From an uncultured bacterium (GTDB lineage Bacteria > Fidelibacterota > Marinisomatia > Marinisomatales > TCS55), in contig CAZECA010000001.1 of NCBI GenBank assembly GCA_964510385.1, positions 17,340-81,339 of the forward strand: a stretch of DNA of 64,000 bases, read 5' to 3'. This document shows positions 49,934 to 57,715 of the stretch, piece after piece. The translations under genes and the position numbers were made by a program. Positions within the stretch are counted from its first letter, which is position 1; the number at the start of each line of letters is the position of its first letter. Under the pieces are notes generated by a model. That model ran no database searches. It was given only the letters and a program-made list of their open reading frames with translations, and was not told the DNA's origin.

Positions 49934-50908
49934 TCATTTTAAAAAATATGTAGCGAGTCCTAGAACACATAGAAGAGTTACCCAGAAAAGCATGAACAAC
50001 CTTAGGCCACCTTTAGCTCCTTCCCTTTCATAAAAAGTCCGCGCTCTAATACCTTGAGAAATAAAAATTATATTTCCTGAAAGTTGGACACAGACAGTAT
50101 TTATTAATAAAAGAAGGAATGCACCAAAAGCTAATTCAAATTCATTGTATGCAAGTAAAATTGCAAAGCATGCCGCTGGAGGTAACAAAGCCACTGAAAC
50201 CATAACGCCAACTAAAGCAGCAGATATCCCTGTTGTCATGGAAAGTGCGGCAGCTGCCCCTGATGCTAAAGCTAAAACAATATCTCCAATGCCAACTTGT
50301 GTCCTAGCTATTATTTCTGGACTTTGGTAATTAATATCAGCAAAGCTTGATATTCCATAACCTAAACTTATTGATATTAAAATGCCGATTATAATTGAAG
50401 ATAAAGATGAAATAATCAGGTCTTTGTTTCCTATAGCCGCTGCAAAAGATAAAGCTATATTTGGACCTAAAAGTGGAGCAATAACCATTGCTCCAACTAC
50501 CACTGCAATATTATCCTCAGAGAGCCCTATAGTTACAACAATCGTCGATAAAGCGACCATAAATATATAATTTATATTAAGATCTACGCCTTTTATCACC
50601 TGCTCATATAATTCTTCTCTTGTTGTTTTACTTTTTTTATCTTTTTTTTCTGATTGTTCCTCTTGCATTCTTGGAATTGATGCATCAACAGGAAGTATTA
50701 AAATTTTTGCATTAGTGTCACTTTCGAACAGAGTTTGTAGACTATCTAATACAGATTGTCTTGCATCATCCGTCACAACCATGGTAAAAACCTGTCTTCG
50801 ATCTTCCAGTTCTGAGGACCACCAAAAGTCAATGACTCCTTGCTTTTCCGCAATAGTTATCAAAACTCTCTTGTATTTAACATCGGAAATAACTTCACAG
50901 ATTCTCAT
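49934..50908 (-). CDS. TIGR00341/DUF389 family membrane protein
   Basis: AVVVGAMVIAPLLGP, LALASGAAAALS, GVMVSVALLPP. Confidence 0.9.
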   Translation of the reverse strand: MRICEVISDVKYKRVLITIAEKQGVIDFWWSSELEDRRQVFTMVVTDDARQSVLDSLQTLFESDTNAKILILPVDASIPRMQEEQSEKKDKKSKTTREELYEQVIKGVDLNINYIFMVALSTIVVTIGLSEDNIAVVVGAMVIAPLLGPNIALSFAAAIGNKDLIISSLSSIIIGILISISLGYGISSFADINYQSPEIIARTQVGIGDIVLALASGAAAALSMTTGISAALVGVMVSVALLPPAACFAILLAYNEFELAFGAFLLLLINTVCVQLSGNIIFISQGIRARTFYEREGAKGGLRLFMLFWVTLLCVLGLATYFLK

Positions 50909-51158
50909 ATAAAACCCCTAATTAGGCTTAACTAATAACTATACAGTAAATATACAATGTAGTTTTAAAATACCTCATATTAAACTTTATATATTCCTTA
51001 ATGCTTCAAATTCCAAATATATATATTATTATTCTGTACAAATAACCATAATTAATGCGCATATGATGCAGAAAGACCTAAGTAAATAAAAGAATGTTAA
51101 TGTTTTAAAATAATATTGTTTATCAAATATGAATTCACTAAAAATAAGTCTGTTATTT

Positions 51159-52601
51159 CTAAAGTATTTCCGCCTTCCTTAATGCAGAATGCCACTTAGC
51201 TAATTTCTCTCGCCTTAAATTTTTATTCATTTTTGGAGTAAATATTTGATCACATTTTCCTAGTTTATCCACTATTTTTTCTCTCGCTGCTTTTTTTAAT
51301 AAGCTGAATACTCCAAAGGATGTTCTGTCTTTCATTGAAGAATGACCGATCGTTTTTCCTGTTATATCTGCTATAAATTGCAGAAGTGGTTCTCTGGCTC
51401 CGCCCCCGCTAGTTGGAATTAAATTTTTAGACTGGTTGATGTTCATAGTTTGTAGAATGTCATGGACCAAAAATCCAATAGACTCCATTCCTGCCCGAAT
51501 AATTTCATTATGTGGCACATCTTCCAATTGATAAAAAACAGTATTAAATCCACTCTTCCAATAGGGCGCAGCCAGACCTGAAAATCCAGGAATCAACACA
51601 CCATTGGTTTCTGTTTCTGTACATCTTTGCTGCCATTTCATTTCTTCATGGGGTATCCCCAACTCTGATTCCAGCCAATAAAAAAGGGAATTGCATGCGT
51701 TTATAGACCCTTCCAACAAGTAGTTTTTGCTCTCGTCATTTGAAAACAATACATTCGTCAGCAGACCATTTATTTGGTTTGGCTCATCGCCAGAATTCAT
51801 TAACACAGATCCAGAGGTGCCAAAGTTCAAGGCCAAGAACCCCTCGTTGTCGCCATCCTGTCCAATCAGTGCGCTTTGCTGATCCCCAATGACACAATGG
51901 ATTGGAGTAGAATTGAATTGACCAAATTTTCTAACCGTAGGGCACAGCTCTGGAAGACAATCTGAATTTATTTCAAATAGGTTTATTAATTCTTTATCCC
52001 ATTCAAGGGTTCTAATATTCATTAACTGAGATCTTCCTGCAATGGTATGATCAATTGAGGGAACACCAGTGAATTTATGTAAAAGATATGCGCTTAAGGG
52101 GCCAAACCAAATCTCTCCATTTTCCGCTTTTGTTTTTAATTCGGAATCATTTTGTGTCAGGTGAGCATATTTGGCTCCGCCGAAGTGGGGACTTAATGGA
52201 ACACCGCTTTTTTGGTGAACAAGAGCATTAAATTCTGCAAGAACATTTGTGATATCACTGGCCCGGCTGTCTTGCCAGCTTAATGCGGGAGATGCTGGCT
52301 GCAGACTAGATTTATCCCAAAATAAAAATGTCGACCGCTGGACAGCAAAACCCATTGATGCAATTGTAATAGAATGTTCTGTTGAATAATCTTGTGCGCG
52401 CCAGATCAAGGATTGACAGGCGTTGAATATTTCTTCCGGATCACATTCCACTTCATTGGGCCCCAACAATGAAATGCCATGTTTAATACGGTCACTAAAT
52501 AACAGTTTTCCAAAAGTATCAAACAAAAAACATTTGGTGGAAGATGTGCCTTGGTCAATAATGAGAAAATGTGAGGAACCGGAAGGGTCCGGCACGATCA
52601 A
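51159..52601 (-). CDS. FGGY carbohydrate kinase, glycerol kinase-like
   Basis: IDQGTSSTK, SWQDSR, GDQQSAL, NFGTSG, PGFSGLAAPYW, SGGGA. Confidence 0.85.
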   Translation of the reverse strand: MIVPDPSGSSHFLIIDQGTSSTKCFLFDTFGKLLFSDRIKHGISLLGPNEVECDPEEIFNACQSLIWRAQDYSTEHSITIASMGFAVQRSTFLFWDKSSLQPASPALSWQDSRASDITNVLAEFNALVHQKSGVPLSPHFGGAKYAHLTQNDSELKTKAENGEIWFGPLSAYLLHKFTGVPSIDHTIAGRSQLMNIRTLEWDKELINLFEINSDCLPELCPTVRKFGQFNSTPIHCVIGDQQSALIGQDGDNEGFLALNFGTSGSVLMNSGDEPNQINGLLTNVLFSNDESKNYLLEGSINACNSLFYWLESELGIPHEEMKWQQRCTETETNGVLIPGFSGLAAPYWKSGFNTVFYQLEDVPHNEIIRAGMESIGFLVHDILQTMNINQSKNLIPTSGGGAREPLLQFIADITGKTIGHSSMKDRTSFGVFSLLKKAAREKIVDKLGKCDQIFTPKMNKNLRREKLAKWHSALRKAEIL

Positions 52602-52945
52602 TCAGCGACTGTGTAATCGTAAAGTGATTCGAATTCTTCTGTTGGAAGCATTCGAATGGCATCCCAGGTCAGTTTTGTACAAACTCGGGCGCAGATCTGA
52701 CAGCCGATGCATTCATCAAAGCGCACTTGGACGGGAGGAATAGGAATATCATATTTTTCAGCGGGAACTGTCTCAATACAATCTACAGGACAAAAAGGAA
52801 CACAGACCTGACAGCCGGTACAGTTATCCTCATCTACAACGGCAATAAGTTTTGGTTTTTTCTTTTTTGTGTTAATTTTTTCTGCTGGTTCAGGAACAGC
52901 CTTATAGTGATCGTATTTAAATGAATCTGCCATTTTTCTATTCAA
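52598..52945 (-). CDS. 2x[4Fe-4S] ferredoxin-like protein
   Basis: CTGCQVCVPFCP and CIGCQICARVC motifs; start may be ATG 52933. Confidence 0.88.
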   Translation of the reverse strand: MNRKMADSFKYDHYKAVPEPAEKINTKKKKPKLIAVVDEDNCTGCQVCVPFCPVDCIETVPAEKYDIPIPPVQVRFDECIGCQICARVCTKLTWDAIRMLPTEEFESLYDYTVAD

Positions 52946-52987
52946 ATTGAAGCATGAAATTATAGTGGGTCATTGTAAAACTAAAAG

Positions 52988-54175
52988 TTAATTCAACGAC
53001 CGTAATTCTTTGGATGAAAGTCCAATTAAACCGGTCACCACCGCACCCAGTCCAAATACTAAAAACACTGTCCGCACCGGCATAAGAGAAGCAAAGATAC
53101 CCACCAAGGCTGATGATGTTGCCGTCATCCCCACAACAGCCAGATGGACCATTGAGAACAGGCGTCCGTGAAACTCATTAGGCGTATTGCGATGAATAAT
53201 TACCGTTCGAGAAATGGAAATCGCAGGTATGCCTGCTCCATGAAGTATTATCATGCCAAAGGCTAATGGAACAGAGGGAATCCAATAAAAGAATGCATAT
53301 GTAATACCGTCCCAAAGCAATCCTAACAATAGCAACTTTCCATTTTTGATTTTATGTGCATATCGATAGACAAACCATGAACCCATCAGCATCCCACCGG
53401 CCATTCCAGCTTCCACAAAGGCAAAATCAGATGCTGTACCACCAAGAGTATTTTTAATGAAAATGGGCATACCTACAATGGCAGGTCCCATAATAAAAAT
53501 ATTATTCAAGATAGTCAGCAATATCAAATAACCAATCGTTTTATGTTGTTTGATATAGTGTAACCCAGACAGCAGTTGTTTAAGCGTTGCATGAGCTTCT
53601 GTATTCCTAGGCATTTTATTTCTAACCAAAAATAATAGTAAAAAACTTGCTCCTAAGAATGAAAATGCATCGAATATGAAAAGGGCTTTTACGGTCATGA
53701 CCCCCAATAATACACCGGCTAATGCCGGGCCTATTAGATACGCAAACTGCGAACTAGAAACAATAATTGAATTCACTTGAGTTAAATCTTCAGGCTTAAC
53801 CACTTCGGGTAAAAATGCATTTAGAGCCGGCGGGAACATGGTCCCAAAGCTGGTTCGAATAAACGCTAGCAGGCCAATAAGTGCAGCATCGGTTACACCG
53901 TAAAATAAAGTAAGAGGAATGACAAGAACAGTCAAAAACTGACTGACATTCGATATGTGCATTATGGTCAACCGGTTGTATTTATCAGCAAATACGCCTC
54001 CTAACAGACCAAATAGCATAGCGGGTAAATATGCGCTCATGGCGACCAAACCCGTGATTACAGATGATCCTGTCAGGTCCAGTATTAGCCAGATAAGTGC
54101 CAGCTGGTACACAGCATCCCCCATAGCAGTAATGAGCTGAGCAAACCAAAGAATGGTTACATTTCTATTCCACAT
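52988..54175 (-). CDS. MFS transporter (macrolide/enterobactin exporter-like)
   Basis: 395 aa, about 12 TM; GVFADKYNRL, LIGPALAGVL. Confidence 0.88.
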   Translation of the reverse strand: MWNRNVTILWFAQLITAMGDAVYQLALIWLILDLTGSSVITGLVAMSAYLPAMLFGLLGGVFADKYNRLTIMHISNVSQFLTVLVIPLTLFYGVTDAALIGLLAFIRTSFGTMFPPALNAFLPEVVKPEDLTQVNSIIVSSSQFAYLIGPALAGVLLGVMTVKALFIFDAFSFLGASFLLLFLVRNKMPRNTEAHATLKQLLSGLHYIKQHKTIGYLILLTILNNIFIMGPAIVGMPIFIKNTLGGTASDFAFVEAGMAGGMLMGSWFVYRYAHKIKNGKLLLLGLLWDGITYAFFYWIPSVPLAFGMIILHGAGIPAISISRTVIIHRNTPNEFHGRLFSMVHLAVVGMTATSSALVGIFASLMPVRTVFLVFGLGAVVTGLIGLSSKELRSLN

Positions 54176-54288
54176 AAATAAACAGTAGGAAATTTACTGT
54201 CAAAATCCGTTTCCCCTTTTTAAAAAACACACCTAAATTTTCTACTTAGTTTTATAAAGATAAATAACAATTGACTTAGGAGAAACGA

Positions 54289-54594
54289 ATGACTTACATA
54301 ATCGCGGAACCTTGCGTAGGCACATGTGACACTGCTTGTGTTGAAGTATGCCCAGTTGACTGTATCCATGGGCCTAATGATAAAACGGGTGCTGGAGCGG
54401 AAGCAAAAGCAGACGGATTTATCCCCAAGGACGATGATTCATTATATATTGATCCTGAGGAATGTATTGACTGCGGAGCCTGCGAACCGGAGTGCCCAGT
54501 TGAGGCAATTTTTGAAGAAAGCGAAGTTCCAGAAGAATGGCAAAAATATATTAAGATCAATTATGAATGGTTTGGTCGAGATTATAGCGGCTAA
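54289..54594 (+). CDS. Ferredoxin (FdxA-like dicluster)
   Basis: MTYIIAEPCVGTCDTACVEVCPVDCI...LYIDPEECIDCGACEPECPVEAIF. Confidence 0.93.
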   Translation: MTYIIAEPCVGTCDTACVEVCPVDCIHGPNDKTGAGAEAKADGFIPKDDDSLYIDPEECIDCGACEPECPVEAIFEESEVPEEWQKYIKINYEWFGRDYSG

Positions 54595-54624
54595 TCCCCA
54601 TTTCAACAAATTTCATATTAATAG

Positions 54625-54651
54625 AACGGCTGTTGATTACAGCCGTTTTTT
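54625..54651 (+). terminator. Intrinsic terminator after the ferredoxin gene
   Basis: AACGGCTGT-TGATT-ACAGCCGTT perfect 9-bp stem followed by TTTT. Confidence 0.75.
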
Positions 54652-54663
54652 ATGTTATAAATC

Positions 54664-55776
54664 ATGGAAAAGCAAGAAGTACTAAATTTATTAAAAACCA
54701 TTAACTATCCCGGTTTTAGCCGGGATATTGTATCGTTTGGCATGGTGCAGGATGTATCGATAGAAGGCGACTCTATATCTGTTGCATTAAAGATCTCTAC
54801 TCAAAAAGAAGAAAAGATAAATGAGGTGATAGATGCTGTTAAAAATAAATTAGCAGATACTGGTACCTTTAAAGAGATTGATGTAAATACAACCGATCAA
54901 GGGCCATCGGCATCTTCCCCTCCAGCGCAACCCGGCCCGTCGCTTCTTAAGGGTATTAAACATATTGTGGCGGTGGCAAGCGGCAAGGGAGGAGTAGGTA
55001 AATCTACTGTGGCAGCCAATATTGCTTCGGCACTATCACAGAAAGAGCTAAAGGTTGGATTGTTGGACCTAGACATTTACGGGCCATCACTTCCTATTAT
55101 TTTGGGAATCAATGAAAGCCCGCGCCTCACCCAAGATAAGAAACTGATACCCCTTGAACGGTATGGAATGAAAGTCATGAGTTTTGGTTTTATCAGTGGA
55201 AACGATACACCAACTATATGGAGAGGTCCATTGGTTGGACGAATGACAGAACAGTTTTTCCAGGATGTCGTTTGGGGAGACCTTGATTATCTTATATTGG
55301 ATCTCCCCCCAGGGACTGGAGATGTACAGTTGACACTAACTCAAAAACTTCGTTTAAGTGGCGCTATCATCGTTACCACACCGCAGGATATCGCTTTGTC
55401 AGATGTCCGAAAAGGTGCTGATATGTTCCAAAAGGTCCAGACACCAGTTTTAGGTGTGGTTGAAAACATGTCGGGACTTGTTTTTAAAGGTAAGCTTTCC
55501 GGAAACAAACCATCAATAGACATAGATGGTATTGACCCCATAGCAGTTGACGAAAATGGACGTTTTGAGTTTCAAGTAGATGTATTCAAAAAAGGCGGTG
55601 GGACACAGGAAAGCGATAGGTTGGGAGTTCCATTAATTGGAGAGATTCCTATCTCAACTGAGCTGATGGAAGCAACTGACCAAGGGAAGCCATTGGTGTT
55701 AAGTAATCCCGAATCATCAACCACTGAGGAATTTATGCAAATAACAGAACGGATCATCACGATTCTTGATTCATAA
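54664..55776 (+). CDS. mrp: Mrp/ApbC/NBP35 family P-loop ATPase (cysteine-free variant)
   Basis: N-terminal DUF59-like YPGFSRDIVSFGMV; SGKGGVGKST, DLDIYGPS, IWRGP, DLPPGTGD, TTPQDIAL, VVENMS. Confidence 0.9.
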   Translation: MEKQEVLNLLKTINYPGFSRDIVSFGMVQDVSIEGDSISVALKISTQKEEKINEVIDAVKNKLADTGTFKEIDVNTTDQGPSASSPPAQPGPSLLKGIKHIVAVASGKGGVGKSTVAANIASALSQKELKVGLLDLDIYGPSLPIILGINESPRLTQDKKLIPLERYGMKVMSFGFISGNDTPTIWRGPLVGRMTEQFFQDVVWGDLDYLILDLPPGTGDVQLTLTQKLRLSGAIIVTTPQDIALSDVRKGADMFQKVQTPVLGVVENMSGLVFKGKLSGNKPSIDIDGIDPIAVDENGRFEFQVDVFKKGGGTQESDRLGVPLIGEIPISTELMEATDQGKPLVLSNPESSTTEEFMQITERIITILDS

Positions 55777-55790
55777 ATCTGCAGTGTAAA

Positions 55791-56582
55791 TTGGTCTCCT
55801 ATTTTTCAGACATCCTCATACATACACTTTTCGGGTTTGCCGCTTTATATCCTCTTTATTTTTGGTTTGTCCCCAGAGAAAATATCGATTCTGGCTTTTA
55901 CAATTTTAATTTAGGCCTTTCAGGTCTCATTGGTGGAATGGCATTGACACTTGCATTGGCAGCGGGGATGGTGCAGCCATTTCTCTATGGGATGTCTGGT
56001 TGGTTAGCCCTTCATTTATTGGTTACATTTATCAACTGGGATAAAGAAAAGATCGTTTTTCTACCCATTTTATTCTCTTCACTCGTTGGGATAATTGTAT
56101 TTATTCTTTTGGGATTTCGCATGTTCAGCGAATCAAATATTATTATAGTTTCATTTGTAGGATTATTGGGACAAGGAATTTTAACCGGGGTAATATTTGC
56201 CATGATCTTGGGGCACTGGTATCTGAATGTTATTCAGCTTCCCATATCTCTATTACAAAACACTACAAATTTTTTTGGCGTATTACTTGGCATCCGACTG
56301 CTATGGGATTGCGTTTATTTACCTTCAGCTTCCGTTATTGATTCTTATGGAAAAACCATTTCCATCTTGCACTATATGTGGACATTAGACGGATTTTTTT
56401 TGGGTGTAGCACTATTTTTTGGTCTTTGTGTTCCACTGGTCCTTCATTTTTTTATTTTGCGAACACTCAAACTTCACGCCACCCAAAGTGCCACTGGATT
56501 ATTATATATTAGTGTATTGTCTATTCTTGTGGGGGAACTGTGTTATAAATTTGTACAGTTTCAAGATGGACTTTTCGGTTGA
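55791..56582 (+). CDS. Hypothetical polytopic membrane protein (MILGHWYL motif)
   Basis: 263-aa hydrophobic ORF, about 8 TM, TTG start 14 nt after mrp. Confidence 0.7.
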   Translation: MVSYFSDILIHTLFGFAALYPLYFWFVPRENIDSGFYNFNLGLSGLIGGMALTLALAAGMVQPFLYGMSGWLALHLLVTFINWDKEKIVFLPILFSSLVGIIVFILLGFRMFSESNIIIVSFVGLLGQGILTGVIFAMILGHWYLNVIQLPISLLQNTTNFFGVLLGIRLLWDCVYLPSASVIDSYGKTISILHYMWTLDGFFLGVALFFGLCVPLVLHFFILRTLKLHATQSATGLLYISVLSILVGELCYKFVQFQDGLFG

Positions 56583-56869
56583 TGGAATTTGATAACTGCC
56601 CCAAATGTAATTGTGAACATTTTTACAAACAAAAAGATTTCAATCGTGCTATAGGATGCTTGGTAATTCTAGCTGGAGCAATATTGGTACCTTTCACGTA
56701 TGGGTTAAGCCTGGCGGTGGTTGCCATTATAGACTGGTTTCTATATAGTCGAGTACCGGATGAAGTGGTTTGTTATAAATGTAGAGAGGTTTTTAAAGAC
56801 ACAAAAATTTCTCAAAAGATAAAGCCTTTTGATCACCATATTGCTGAACTCTATGAGGAACCCGAATGA
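56579..56869 (+). CDS. Small membrane protein with split zinc ribbon (CPKC...CYKC)
   Basis: 96 aa; two CxxC pairs flank a hydrophobic hairpin; overlaps the upstream stop. Confidence 0.7.
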   Translation: MMEFDNCPKCNCEHFYKQKDFNRAIGCLVILAGAILVPFTYGLSLAVVAIIDWFLYSRVPDEVVCYKCREVFKDTKISQKIKPFDHHIAELYEEPE

Positions 56870-56959
56870 TTTGTCGGCGTTATAGTCCATACATCGGTTG
56901 TTTATAGAGAATGTAACAAGTAATTTTGCCCGCAATTTTTAGACTAAAATAGTTTTTTC

Positions 56960-57712
56960 ATGTCGACAGATACATTGAGAGATACAATACTTGAAAACGG
57001 AAATATTCCTGTCCATATTGCTATTATAATGGATGGAAACGGCCGTTGGGCCAAAGATAAGGGACTGCCTCGTTTTGCTGGTCACAATGAGGGAATCAAT
57101 TCTGTTCGAGAAATCACACGTATTTGTGGTGAGATTAATGTAAAATATTTAACCCTGTATACATTTTCTTCCGAAAACTGGTCAAGGCCAAAAAAAGAAG
57201 TATCTGCCCTTATGAAACTCTTATTGAAAACTATCAATAAAGAAGTGGAAGAATTAAATAAAAATAATGTTCGACTGACTACCATTGGTGAATTGGATAA
57301 TTTACCCGAAGATGCCCAAAAAGGTATTTTAGATGGAATTGAAAAAACAAAAAAGAATTCTGGCCTAAACCTTGTCCTTGCTTTAAGCTATGGAAGCAGA
57401 CAGGAAATTTTGTCAGCTGTAAAACAAATATCTGCAGATGTTAGATCTAGGATAATTGATACCGAAAAAATAAACACGGCTCTATTTTCTACATATTTAA
57501 ATACTTCTGATATGCCGGACCCTGAATTGCTGATTCGTACGGGAGGTGAAAACAGGGTAAGTAATTTTCTCCTTTGGCAGATTGCTTATACAGAATTATT
57601 TGTAACAGATACTTATTGGCCGGCATTTCGTGAAAATGAATTATTTGACGCAATCCATGATTTTCAAACTCGTGAGCGACGGTTTGGTAAAGTTAGTGAG
57701 CAGCTGAGTTAA
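56960..57712 (+). CDS. uppS: Undecaprenyl diphosphate synthase
   Basis: HIAIIMDGNGRWA, YTFSSENWSRP, ALSYGSRQE, DPELLIRTGGENRVSNFLLWQIAY. Confidence 0.98.
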   Translation: MSTDTLRDTILENGNIPVHIAIIMDGNGRWAKDKGLPRFAGHNEGINSVREITRICGEINVKYLTLYTFSSENWSRPKKEVSALMKLLLKTINKEVEELNKNNVRLTTIGELDNLPEDAQKGILDGIEKTKKNSGLNLVLALSYGSRQEILSAVKQISADVRSRIIDTEKINTALFSTYLNTSDMPDPELLIRTGGENRVSNFLLWQIAYTELFVTDTYWPAFRENELFDAIHDFQTRERRFGKVSEQLS

Positions 57713-57715
57713 AAA

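Noticed and set aside
51001-51045. 14-codon ORF MLQIPNIYIIILYK
   Set aside because: No Shine-Dalgarno sequence and expected by chance in an AT-rich spacer
54182-54200. ACAGTA-N7-TACTGT palindrome between the MFS and ferredoxin genes
   Set aside because: Six-base arms are expected by chance and no cognate regulator is nearby
54633-54661. TTGATT-N17-TATAAA as the mrp promoter
   Set aside because: It would put +1 inside the start codon; the sequence is better explained as the terminator hairpin
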